Below are positions 36,130 to 48,432 of a stretch of DNA of 64,000 bases, piece after piece. Within the stretch, counting starts at the first letter, position 1, and each line of letters starts with the position of its first letter. Below the pieces are notes generated by a model that saw only the letters and a list, made by a program, of their open reading frames with translations, did no database searches and was not told the DNA's origin. The DNA comes from Eledone cirrhosa (lineage: Eukaryota). The translations under genes were made by a program, and so were the position numbers. The stretch lies in contig OZ024740.1 of assembly GCA_964016885.1 (NCBI GenBank), positions 353,338,001-353,402,000 of the forward strand, in the 5' to 3' direction.

Positions 36130-38910
36130 GTAGATATATATATATATAATTCTTTGAATCTTCATCCCTGCCGAAGGGACGTTTGAGAAATGTAATTGTA
36201 TTTACGCCATTTTCTTGTCTCTCTCTATGTTTTACACGGTCCATTTACTTAGACTCCAAGCTTTCAATTTTATTCGTTAATTCTGTCAGACCCTCAAAAA
36301 CACTCTTCTTGTATTTAAACTCTGATTACTGTTATAGGTTTAGATTAAAAAAATAACCTTCTAGTTAACTTCCCCATATTCCCCCTCCCCCACTCGCCAC
36401 CATTATTAGATGGTCCAATCATAATTCAGCGGCTTATACATCTCTCTTACCAATCTCTTACACAAAACCACCGCCTTGATTATTCACTCCTTAAGTTTAA
36501 ACCTGGTTGCCTTTGATATGCTAGATGGACTGTGGGATTCTGGAGAGTAAGAAGAATCTGGACACTCAAATGACAATGTCAAAGATAAAGGTAAATTCAC
36601 CTCATGTGGCTGGCCGAAAATGCAAGGATTCCTCTTTATTTCAGACGCGGATGGCAAACATAACCCCATCTCCCTCACCCCGCCATACATCTCCAACCCA
36701 TCCTTTCCACCCATCAAACAAAATCTAAAACTTCAGAGTTGGTACCATGAATGTAGGCACTTTAAAAGGTGGCTCTAACGAGGTTGAACGTAAGGAAGTT
36801 GATGCTTGTTGTGTCCAAGAGACTAGGTGGAGGGATGGGTCTGCTAGATTCATTGTGGGTAAAAAACGATGCTATAAACCTTTCTGGGTGGGAAATGAAA
36901 ATGGGCTGGGTGGGGTAGGAATTATGTTAGCAGAAAAATAGGTAGATAAGGTAATTGACGTAAATAGAGTGAACGACAGAATATTCAAAATAAGATTTGT
37001 CCTAAATAGAACTACTGTGACAATAATATCCGCTTATACACCCCAATCTGGACTGCCTGGCGTTATAAAAGACAGATTCTATGAGTTGCTAATGCTCACT
37101 TCCTCCCAACTAACCGACAGTGACTACATAATTATTGCTGGCAACCTAAATGGTCATGTTGGACAACATTGTGACAGCTATGACAGAATCAATGGAGGCT
37201 ACAGGGTTGGTACCAGAAATGAGGAAGGCTCCAGAATTCTGGAATTCTGTGACGCAAATAACCTAACTATCTGCAAGACAAACTTCAAAAAACGAGGCAA
37301 TCACTTGATCACCTACAAATCAGGGGAACACGCCAATCAGATAGATTATATCCTTACCAGAAGATGTGACAAAGTGTTGGTTGTAAACACTAAATGCCTG
37401 CCCCGCGGAGAATGTACCTCCCAACATAGACTCATAGTTAGTGACCTCATAGTCAGGATGAGACGTACTCGACAACAGAGGAGGGCCACCCTGAGAAGAA
37501 GAATATGGAAGTTAAAGGACCCCACAGCCAGTAACAAATTTAAAAGCATACTACTTGATGCTTTTGACAGTAAAGAAGAGCAATTAGAGACGTACAGTAT
37601 AGAGGAACAGTAGGAATTCCTGAAAGTTAACCTGCTGAAGGCGACAGATGATATCTGTGGCTGGAGCAGACCTCTAGGCAGGAGGAGAGTAACATGGTGG
37701 TGGAAGAGTCAGTCAAGGCCAAAAAGCAAGCTTGGAAAGTATGGCGGGATGGGGGAAGTAGAGAACACTATCAAGTGGCCAGGAGGGAAGCTAGGAGACA
37801 AGTGTACTTTGCAAGAAGGGAAGCAGAGGAAAGAAAGTTCAAGCATGTTCTACAACGCGAGAACCAAAAATGTGAGGTGTTCAGGATTGCTCGACAGTGT
37901 GTCAAGGAAAACTGTGATATTGTCGGGGAGAAGTGTGTCTGTAATGATGATAGTATACTTGCCATCACTGATACTGATAAGAAGGTAGCTTGGAAGTGTC
38001 ACTACGAGAGGCTACTAAATGAGGAGAATAAGTGGGAAAAAGATAGTCTGCCCCAAATCGATCCAATAGAGGGACCAGCAGTGCAAGTTAAAGGTAGTAT
38101 AATAAGTAAGGCAATCAAAGATATGAAGACAGGCAAAGCAGCTGGGCCTTCGGAGATAGTTACTGAAATGCTGAAAGCATCTGGATCGGTGGGACACACT
38201 ATGGTCTCCCGAATAGTAAACCAAGTCATACAGAATGGGGTCATACCAAATGACTGGCGTAACAGCATCATCATTAACTGCTACAAGGGTAAAGGAGATG
38301 CCCTAGATAGGGGAAACTATAGAGGCATTAAATTAATTGACCAGGTCATGAAGGTCACAGAAAAAGTTATAGCGCAACTAATCAGAGAGCGAATTGATCT
38401 AGATGAAATGCAGTTCGGGTTTGTGTCAGGTAAAAGTACCACAGACGCTCTTTTCCTTGTACGACAACTACAGAAGTACCTAGCTAAAAGTAAACCCCTA
38501 TAATTAGCTTTTGTTGACTTGGAGAAAGCCTTTGACAGAGTCCTCCGCTCCATTATCTGGTGGGCTCTTAGAAAACTAGGTGTTGATGAATGGCTTGTGA
38601 GAGCTATATAAGCCATGTATAAAGAAACAGTCAGTAAGGTTAGAATTAACAACGAATATAGTGAAGAATTTAGCGTAAAAGTCGGTGTTCATCAGGGCTC
38701 TGTCCTTAGCCCCCTCCTATTTATTATTGCCCTACAGGCTATGACAGAGGAGTTTAAGACCGGCTGCCCATGGGAACTCCTATACGCAGATGATCTAACT
38801 CTCATAGCTGAATCAATGGCTGAACTAGAGAAGATATTCCAAACTTGGAAGCACGGGCTAGAATCAAAAGGCCTTAAAATTAACTTGTCTAAGACTAAAG
38901 TTCTAGTTTG

Positions 38911-39213
38911 TGTGGGGCTATGTGGAGGAGGTGACGTCAGATGTGGACGCTTGACCGGAGAAGGAGTGAGGCGATGTGTGTTTCCGAGGTGGCGTCCGTA
39001 GGCTGCATCTATGCGTTTCCAAGGCGTCGTCCGTAGGCTGCGTCTAGGCGTTTCCAAGGCGTCGTCCGTAGGGCATCTCTAGCGGTGACTTGGAGAAAGA
39101 CAGACGTATCTAACTAAGCTGCAGCTTGGCGAATTGATTGTAACCCGAAGATCGAAGCACGGCTGTGAGTGAACCAGCAGACTCGCGGTAAGTGGAATAG
39201 CTTTCTCACCACA
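38911..39213 (+). repeat. 5' LTR of copy 3
   Basis: TGTGGGG...CCACA; three 35-bp internal units versus one in the 3' LTR. Confidence 0.92.
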
Positions 39214-39225
39214 AGCTATTTCGGC
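39214..39225 (+). promoter_or_regulatory. Putative non-canonical primer-binding site (complement of tRNA-Phe nt 1-12)
   Basis: AGCTATTTCGGC, 12/12, directly after the LTR. Confidence 0.7.
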
Positions 39226-39312
39226 ACATGAAGACGTACAATTGGAAAAAAGAAGAGACAAAGCTATTTTAAAACAAAGATTATCTTGTTTTATCACCGC
39301 AGGACTAAAGAG

Positions 39313-42256
39313 ATGGCGACGAGATTATGGTTGAGCAGTGAAGTACTTAAAGCTTTCACCGGTGAAGGAGACGTTATTGCTTAGATGCGAAAGGTCTGGG
39401 TGGTCGCCGAGCTACAAAAGATAGACGATGTGGCCGGTCTCATGGCGCTATATCTCGAGGGGGGTGCACTAGCATTGTACCTCGAGATGGACGAAATCTG
39501 CCAGAGGGACGTGCAAAAAAATTGAATGGCGTATGATGGAAGCGTTTGCGGAAGGTCCGTGTACCGCGTTTGCCAAGCTGGCAAGGATAAGGTGGGAAGG
39601 TCAGCGTGTGGTTATTTTTGCTGCGGAGATAAGGAGATTGGCCATGCTGGCTGGGTTTCAAGTCGAGTGCGAGTGTGCAGTGTGGCTGGCATTTATAAAC
39701 GGATTTCCGGATGATATCGCGGTGAGACTGCAGCAAATACCTAGCTACAAGGAAATGGAGATGCGTACATTGGTAGAGCAAGCCCGCATCATAGCGGAAG
39801 ATGCTAAGAAGAGTGTTGCAGTGATGAAAACCCGGGGCAGCCGACAGCGAAATGCCGAAAGGGCAACAAACACAGCGAATAATCGTCGTTGTTATAGGTG
39901 ACACGGTGCGCACCAGACCTAATTTGCTACTGCTGTAGGCGGCCGGGCCACATCGCTACCAACTGCGACCAGGGAAACGGTCCAAGGGGAGTTATTGCGC
40001 CGGTAGCTATCCCTTGAGTGTAGAGGCGCTGCCTGTGGTGAAAGTCTTGGTGAAGGGAAAGCCATTACGAGCCCTCGTGAACACGGGATGTACAACGACA
40101 ATGGTAACCATGGGGGTGGTGGAAAAGTGGAGAGGAAAGAGCATCATAAGGGCAGTCGACGGCAGGAAGATTGAAGGTAGAGGTCGCAGCAAGTTGGAGA
40201 TGGTGGTAAGGGGAAAGAGAATTAGGCTTTCAGCCATTGTGGTCGACTGCGTAGTGGATGGGATTGACGTGGTTATGGGCATGGACGCGATTGGCTGATT
40301 AGGAGGCGTCACAGTGAATGATGGCGGAGTAACATTTGGTGGCGCTGCATCAGCATGCGCTGTGAGTACGCCTCAGGAGGGCGAGAAGGCCCATGAGGAA
40401 AAATATGCCGCTCACACTGTACAGGATAAGAACTTCAAGGCCGTGTTCGACGGGCAACGATGGATTGTTGAGTGGTACTGGAAGGGAGAACCGCCAACAT
40501 AGAAGAACAAAGTGGGTTGTTATCAGCACACACTGAAAGGAGATACTAGGAGAGAGTTTGAGCGAGAGGTAGAGAGATGGATCGAGGAGGGCATACTGGT
40601 TCTCTGGAAGGAGGAGGTGAAGTGTGGGGTGATGCTGTTAATGGCTGTGGTGCAACCCACGAAGAACAAGGTGAGACCAGTGTTGGATTTTCAGGAGCTG
40701 AACGAGCATGTGTCGTGTCACACTGGTGGTGAGGTCACGGTTGTCTGCGGGGGAAACTCTGCGGGAGTGGAGACGTATGACGGAGGCTTCCACGATCGTC
40801 GACTTAAAGTCGGCATATCTACAGCTACACATGGAGGAGAAGCTGTGGCAGTATCAGCTTGTCAGGTATAAGGGCCGGACATATTGCCTGACCAGGCTCG
40901 GTTTCGGGCTGAACTCTGCATCGAAGATCTTGGCGGCAGTCCTCAAGACCGTTCTGGGAAAGGCTGACAAGATGAAGAGGGCCACCAATTCCTACATTGA
41001 CGACATCTTAGTGGACGAGACTATAGTGTCGGCGGCGGAGGATACGGATTGACTGCGAAGCAGTCAGAGGTGTTGGAGGGAGGAGCCGCACTAGGACTTA
41101 GGCTGTGAAAAGACAAGACGGGCACGTTAGTATTTCGGAGGGGAAATGAAGTCCCAACTGTACTCGGATGGGTGAGGTCAGTGCTTACTAGTGAGAAGAG
41201 AGTGCGAACGAGAGGGGCGGCAGAAATGCTGATAAAGCACCGCCTGGGAACTCGAGGAGAGCTGGCTACCGAGTTTGGCTTGAAGTTGAGTGTAGTCTTC
41301 GTGCCCTCAGAGAAAAATAGAGCAGACGTCTTAACCAGGGTGAAGAAAGCCTGGATGGAAGCGCCGGAGGATGCAGAAGAGGGGATAGCCGCTGTGTGTT
41401 GGCTAAGCGAGTTGGACCTTAAAGGGTTGCAATGCCATGCACCACATGGTAGTGGATAGGACCCTGTTCCTAGCCAGGTAAATCGATTCCGACGTTCGCA
41501 GAGAGAGTGGTCAGAGGCTGCGTCCGATGCCAGTCTATCGATCCCGCTCCGGGTGTGCACGAGACAGGAAGTCTCCCGGTGGATCGCGACTGGAAACGAT
41601 TGGCGGTGGACGTAATGCACTACCGACAGTGAACATACCTCTCGATGGTTGATCGGGATGGATGGCGATATGGAGGGAAATGAAGATGGGAACTGCAGAG
41701 GAAATCACGCGGACGTTGAGAGAGATATTTTTGGAGCGGGGCCCTGTGGATGAACTGTTGAGGGAAATGCTTGATGGATGGAAGGTGGACCGCTTCTTCA
41801 GAGCAGCATACAGGCCGAACGGAAATGGGATCGTGGAGCGACACCACCGCACAATCAAAGCAATGGCAGAACGGGGGCACATCTCACCAATGGAGGCAGT
41901 GTTTTGGTACAACATGTCCCCTCAGGTGGGACAGGGTGAGGAATCGGTGCCACACAGAGCGATATACAAATTCGAGTGGCGGCACCCGTGCATGGTACCA
42001 CAACGGCCAGTAGAGAGAGAGTGCATTCGTACAGGTGGGCGAGGAAGTCTGGGTTAAGCCCCCAGACACACGCTGCACATCTCAATGGGGAAAGGGAATG
42101 GTAACGGCTATGAATTCCCAGAATAACGTGTGCGTAGACGGAGTGCCACGTCATGTCCAGGACGTCTGTAGAATCGTTGTGTTGATGCCCCAACATTACG
42201 GAGATTGTGACGGGATCGCCGACTGCCTGGGTGGATGGCAGATTGTCACATTGTGA
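39313..42256 (+). pseudogene. Disrupted gag-pol of LTR copy 3
   Basis: Same gag, PR, RT (SYIDDIL) and IN (NGIVERHHRTIK) motifs; most of RNase H deleted. Confidence 0.88.
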
Positions 42257-42288
42257 GGGGGAGATTGATCCTTGGGATCAGGGGGGAG

Positions 42289-42522
42289 TGTGGGGATATG
42301 TGGAGGAGGTGACGTCAGATGTGAAACGCTTGACCGGAGGAGGAGTGAGGCAAGATGCGTTTCCAAGGCGGCGTCCGTAGGGCATCTCTAGTGGTGACTT
42401 GGAGAAAGATGGACGTACCTGACTAAGCTGCAGCTTGGCGAATTGATTGTAACCTGAAGATCGAAGCACGGCTGTGAATGAACCAACAGACTCGCGGTAA
42501 GTGGAATAGCTTTCTCACCACA
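42289..42522 (+). repeat. 3' LTR of copy 3
   Basis: Preceded by purine tract AGGGGGGAG; followed by TSD GTATG. Confidence 0.92.
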
Positions 42523-43819
42523 GTATGTAGGAAGGAAAATAGGGCACTGGTCCCATCTGGGAAATGGCCATGCTCAGTGTGTAGGAAAGAAGTAGGCAGA
42601 AACTCCATTTTATGTCCCAAATGCAAAGTATGGGTGCATAAAAGATGTAGTGGGATCACAGGTAAGCTAACTAAGAATATAGATTTTATATGTGGCCGGT
42701 GCTCAGGTGCAATAAGTAATAGCAAGTGCCCACAGGATACTAGCTCCTTCCATTGTCCAGATGGCTCTATAGAAATAGTGGACACCTTCCGTTACCTGGG
42801 TGACAAAATCAGCAGTGGTGGAGGGTGCTCTGAAAGTACAGTAGCTAGAGTCAATGGGATGGAAAAAGTTCAGAGAGCTTATACCACTATTGGCCGCTAA
42901 AGGTTTCTCCCTAAAAATGAAAGGCAGACTGTATGATGCCTGCATACGAACAGCAATGTTACATGGCAGTGAGACATGGGCATTGTGTGCAGATGATCTG
43001 CGCTGACTGGAGAGGAACGAAGCGTGCATGCTCCATTGGATGTGTAACAGTAATATACGTGAACGGCAAAGCATAAATGAACTAAGTGAGAAATTAGTAA
43101 TAAGAGGGATCAGATACTGTTTACTCGAAAGAAGACTATGTTGGTATGGTCACGTGATGCGCATGAAAGACGACAACTGTATAAAAAAAGTGCAGGGCGA
43201 TCAAAATAGATGGAAGCTACGGAGTAGGCAGACCCAGAAGAACCTGGGACGATTTGATAAATTCCGACCTTACACACTTACACCTCTCTAAGACAATGTC
43301 ATTGGACCGAGATCTCTGGCGTTACGCAGTAATACAGAAGACCCGCCTTGCCTAAGTACAAAGCGAAACCTACAGTCAGTAGGCATCTCCTAACCTAAAA
43401 TACACACCCATCTCACTACCCCTACCCCACCCCATCTACACCACCCCTTTCTCTGTAAAGTTATGTTGGTGCCACAACATCCAGTCCTAAATAAATGAGG
43501 TCGTGTAGGTGTCACAACAAAAAAAAACACAGTCCACGCTGTAATGTGGCCGTGTAGGTAACACGGTAAAAACCTCCCAGTCCACACTGTAATCGTGGTT
43601 GGTGTTAGGAAAGGCATCCAGCCGTAGAAAACCTACCAGACAGTCCTATGCGAGCAAGGCAACCAATCTTGCCTCACGTGGGACAATTCACGTCTAAACC
43701 CATGCTAGCGTGGAAGATAGACGTTAAACGATGATGATGATATATATATTATTGTTATTGGATTTATTTTTATTGCGTGTCATCTTTGTATTACCAAGTA
43801 CAGCTCTGTGAACTTTGGG

Positions 43820-43986
43820 CAGACCTGCCAACCTCTAAAACGGGGAGTACCGGGGAGAAATGAGGTAAAATAGAGAGATTTTACATAATGAAAGCTATAC
43901 CCATTTTCACAAGAGAAAATGCCTTTCACACACCTCCAAAGTGAGTGGGTGATCTCTTCGACTGACGGGGAGAGTTGACAGGTCTG
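43820..43986. mobile_element. MITE, CAGACCTGCCAAC TIR family
   Basis: CAGACCTGCCAAC...GTTGACAGGTCTG; 6-bp TSD TTTGGG/CTTGGG. Confidence 0.75.
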
Positions 43987-44649
43987 CTTGGGTGTGTACA
44001 GTGCCTAGTAGTACTATTTTCTCTATGCTGTAAATATTTGTAAATATATATATATTTGTCTTTTCTTTACAGATAGTGTTTTCCTATAATATGGGCACTT
44101 TATAGCGTTATTCTCTCCAAAGAATTCTTACATTGTTTTTTTGTATTTCACCTCATAACTATTAGTGCTGCTATATTGACATGGGACTATTCTTGTGTTC
44201 ATTTACATTCTTCATTCTGTAACATTTAAAATACCACCCTAGATTGACTGAAAAATATATATATAGCATCTAATGCGCATTAAAGTTACATCAAGTTATA
44301 GAAAACTGTGCTTATATATTTTGCATTAGAAGACATTTTGTTTTCATGTGAGTTATTATCAATGTACATTTGTTTACATAGAGACTGAGTAATGACATGG
44401 CCAACCTGCCTTATATACTTAATCATTTGATAATGTGTGCATGTGGTAATGGGAAGGTGTTAGTAGGTGCTGCAATTTCAAGCCTTGACCAAGGTTTTTT
44501 GTGGAAAACTAACTAAACTTAAAGCATATGGTGGTTAATTCATACCTACTCCTCAATTTTGATGGATTCATGTTCCCTGCCTCCTTCACAAGATACTGGC
44601 ACAACATGTTGAAGTGTCTGCTTGTATTTAAACATTGCATCTACCAAAC

Positions 44650-46640
44650 AAAAGTTTGAGAGGACCCTTCAGTTATGTCATAGGCACAACAATCTCCCTA
44701 CTGCTGATGCTACAATAAAATACTTCTGATATAAAAGCAGAGCCCTTGTCCTGCAATACTTTGTTGACTGGACCTCTCTCCAAAAATAATTTATCCCCAT
44801 TGTGACTGAGATTCCCATTTCCAATCTGTTTTTCCTCTATATGGCTACCCATCATCATCATCAACGTTTAACGTCCGTGTTCCACGCTTGCATGGGTTTG
44901 GACGGGGGTTTTCCCACTTGAGGCAAGAGTGATTGTCTTGCTCGCATAGGACTGTCTGGCAGGTTTTCTACAGTTGGATGCCCTTCCTAACACCAACCAC
45001 ATTTACAGTGTGGGTCTGGGAGGTTTTTACCGTGTTGCCTACACGGCCACATTACAGCGTGGACTGTGTTTTTTTGTCGTGACACCTACACGATCTCATT
45101 TGTTTCGGCCTGGATGGTGTGGCACCAACATAACTTTACATAGAAGGGGGCGGTGTGGATGGGGTGGGGGTGGTGGGACGGGGGTGTATTTTGTTAGAGA
45201 TGCCTACTGACTGTAGTAGGTTTTACTATGTATTTAGGTAAGGCGGGTCTTCTCTATTACTGAGTACCGCCAAAGGTCTCGGTCCAGAGATCACAATTAA
45301 TCATTGTTAGGTACATACCTTTTTGGTAATGTATATCAATTGCCAACCTTTTCCAGTTATCTGCAAAACTGAATTTCTCCCTCATCATGACATAGAGTTG
45401 ATAAATTGGCACCTGTCGCACTCTCTCATCACCTGGAAAGACTTCCTTATGACATAGGGATTCACCTTTCTGATCAGAAACATACTTATGCCCACTTCTA
45501 TGTGATGCAGGCATAGAAATTCCTTCGGGTCCTTCTCCCTAAACAGTACATGATGGCAGCTTCCATCCCAGAATCCTCTAGCTACTTTAGCCAGGAATTT
45601 CCCACCCTAGTGAAAATGTCTGCTCTGTTTATCTGTGAGGGCATAAAACTCCCAGTTGTAAGTTAGCTCGAGAATCAGCTCTCCTAGAACACTTTAGTAA
45701 TGTTTGATTAGCATTTCTGAAGCCGTTTTAGTCCACACTCTCTTTTCTCACTTTATCCCAGATTTGATCCATGCAAACACCATAGCTAAATCTGTCTTGA
45801 TTTCAATGTCTCACAGTCTCCACTTCAGAGCCAAGTTGAGTCCTTTGTTACTGGATCCATCTCAACTACATTGATAGGGATGGCATCACTCTTCTTTCTC
45901 AGCAAAGCTGCATCCACAAACTTGACAGACCCTACACCTAAAATGACACTTGTCACTATGCTGCTTTTCTTTCACCACACAGCCCTTTTTCTGCATGTAG
46001 TACATGCCACCTTCTTACAGGGTCATTGTTTAACCTCCTCTACAATATCTTTTATCATGCTGACTGTTCTATCACCCATCTTGTAATCCCAACTGTCATC
46101 ATTTGCTTGTCTGTTGATATAGCTGCATGTCATGTGAAACCAACTGGCAATGCAGTAATGCCCAACAGCTTTTCTTCCTTAATTCAACATGTACCTGCAG
46201 GATCTCATTTCTTCTCCAGAAGATAATTCTCCTGTTCTGTTCTTTCTTAATTTAAGTCCCAATGATTCCTGTGACATTGCGGTGAAGTCATAGTTCTTAA
46301 CATGACCTCTCACTACTGCTATCACCACCATTTTGTCTACTAGAATATCATCAATACAGGAACTCATGGCTTCCCTTATCTTTTTCCACCTTTTCAAAGA
46401 TTGTCTTTAGGACAGCTACCATTATCTTTTGGTGTTGAGTTCAGCCCAAACCTAACTCTGCTCAGACAGTATGTTCTACCTTGGTAGTTTATCTGTTGGT
46501 GCTTTCACAATTTTCTTGCCTCACAGAGCTGTAAATAAACTGATTTTATGTTAATAATCAGGGCTGCTCCTATCATCTATCACCATGTTTGTATAGTTTC
46601 CCTACATTCATCCATTATATGTTGTGTAATCACTCAACTC
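44650..46640 (-). mobile_element. Old degenerate pol fragment of the same LTR retrotransposon lineage
   Basis: SCIDDILVD, NWKRLAIDIHYQKGMYLTMINCD and LFLERGPV motifs on the minus strand; interrupted by an RTE 3' end. Confidence 0.78.
44850..45287 (-). mobile_element. RTE LINE 3' end
   Basis: Reverse complement of about 31909-32355 with (GAT)n tail. Confidence 0.9.
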
Positions 46641-46645
46641 CTTAA

Positions 46646-46851
46646 CCATTTAGAATTTACATGACTCTATATATGCTATTGTATTTTCATGGTAAACACT
46701 TTATCTCACATAATATCAAATCTATGAAATTTTGATATTATTTATTTTGAGAACAATACCTCAATATAAATATGAGCAGCCAGTTACAGCTAGTTTGAAT
46801 CAGAAGAGGTGAGAGAATTCTGGCCAGATATGGCTGGTTTAAATGCTAAAG
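46646..46851. mobile_element. Diverged piggyBac-like MITE
   Basis: TTAA|CCATTTAG start and body similar to 28171-28390. Confidence 0.65.
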
Positions 46852-47217
46852 ATATATATAGAACTGTGGTCAACCATGGTCTCTGATGTAGGGCTGAATT
46901 TAATAGGACAATAGCTAAACAGAACTAAAGTGGTGAAAGCAAATACTTCCGTTTTTGATTTTTATAAAATTGTGGGAAATGTTCTTTGTGGTGTAGTACC
47001 ACCAACAACTTTTCATGAATCTAATAATAACTAGGAAATAATTGATACATCTTTAACCCAAGAGTCAAAGATTGGGGTACATTGTCATATATGTTCTTAT
47101 AGTCTAATTAAGCAGTCTGTAAGTTCTTCTGTTTCTGCTTGCAATCTTCTAATAATCTTTTTTTATCAATAGCTAATCTTTTTAGTCATATTTGCTACCT
47201 TCAGGTAGGATATTTCT

Positions 47218-47570
47218 GTCATCATCATCATCATCATCATTTTCGTGTCCACCTTTCCATGTTTGCATGATGAGTCCTCTCCAACACAGCCCCCCTCCAG
47301 TTGTCACATTCCTTCATCATCTCTTCTGTCAGGTTCAGTATCCTGAGATCAGTTCTCACCACTTCTGTCCTTGTCTTCCTTGGGTACTTTCTACTTGGAA
47401 TTCCTGGTATTTCTTCAAACCAACCATCATCATCATCCATACTCATTACATATCTGTACCAGCACAATCTTCTCTCTTGTATATGACATCTGAATGTATG
47501 CAAACATTATACAATCTACCCTTTGTTTGGAGAAAGAATTCCTTCATTACCAACAGATGTGTTAATATAT
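47218..47570 (-). mobile_element. Old RTE 3' fragment
   Basis: ERRLCWY..V...PRKT..W..AVLERT and (GAT)n tail. Confidence 0.7.
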
Positions 47571-48256
47571 CTTCTTGCTTTATGTTGTTATTAATGTGAT
47601 GTAGAAGTTAAAAAAACATTTGATTGGTATGAAGTTTTTAGGATCATACATATTTGTTATTTTCCTTGTGTCAACCACTCCAGTATGTATGATGGGCCCT
47701 TTATTATTCTATAAAAGCATTTGGTCATATCTAGGTATTAATAATATGTTATATCTTGATATTTTGGATATTGTTTAATCCATGTGATTTCTTATTACTT
47801 TTTCCTCAACTGCTGTTCTGGTTATTACACACACACTGTGTTGCACATGATGTGATTTAAGGACATTATCATACGGGATCGATAAAATAAAGTACCAGTA
47901 ATGCACTGGGATAATTGCTGGCCTTGTGCCAAAAGTAGAAACAATTATCATCATTATTTTGTGTCCAATTTCCATAGTCATGGGTTGGATGGGTTGTCTT
48001 TTCATGTATATGATAATTTTATGTTATTCATTTCTGAGTGAATCCTAGGACTGCTTTTTCACCAGATTTGGAAATCTCATTTTATGATATTACCTGAGGG
48101 GTTTAGTTTGACAGTAAGGAATGGAATGGACCTTTGTCACTTTCAGCAATGAGTGTTTCAGTTGTTTGATTTTGTGCAATTCAGTTGTATGAAATTGTGC
48201 AAGTGGTTGAGAATTTCATAGACATGTGTACCCTTAATTCAGCATGGCAGTGTACA

Positions 48257-48432
48257 CAGACCTGCCAATCTCTAAAGACCCAAATGAGGAATACCATGAC
48301 AAAAAAGTGCCCCAAAATGGGGAGATTTTACATAATGAAAGCTGTACGCATTTTCACAAGAGAAGACTCATCTCACCCATCCCAAAGTGGGTGGGAGATC
48401 TCCCCATTAGACAGGGAAAATTGACAGGTCTG
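48257..48432. mobile_element. MITE, CAGACCTGCCAA TIR family
   Basis: TIRs and body match 43820-43986. Confidence 0.75.

Larger units (their letters stand above)
38911..42522 (+). mobile_element. Ty3/Gypsy-type LTR retrotransposon, copy 3, nested in the RTE RT domain
   Basis: LTRs 38911-39213 and 42289-42522; TSD GTTTG/GTATG (empty site GTTCTAGTATGTAGG seen at 52184); ~0.4-kb internal deletion near 41157. Confidence 0.95.
36151..43741 (+). mobile_element. Full-length RTE-clade LINE (inactive; APE + RT with PHD finger), interrupted by LTR copy 3
   Basis: APE motifs VQETRW, SAYTPQ, QIDYIL, SQHRL; RT NYRGIKL, QFGF, GVHQGSVLSP, LLYADDL, FRYLG; (GAT)n tail; flanked by (TA)n; several stops; 5' end approximate. 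Confidence 0.93.

Noticed and set aside
39190-39225. Tf1-style self-priming using U5 GGAATAGCT as primer
   Set aside because: The match is shorter and less conserved than the tRNA-Phe match and lies only ~13 nt from the LTR end, leaving almost no strong-stop DNA; kept only as an alternative.
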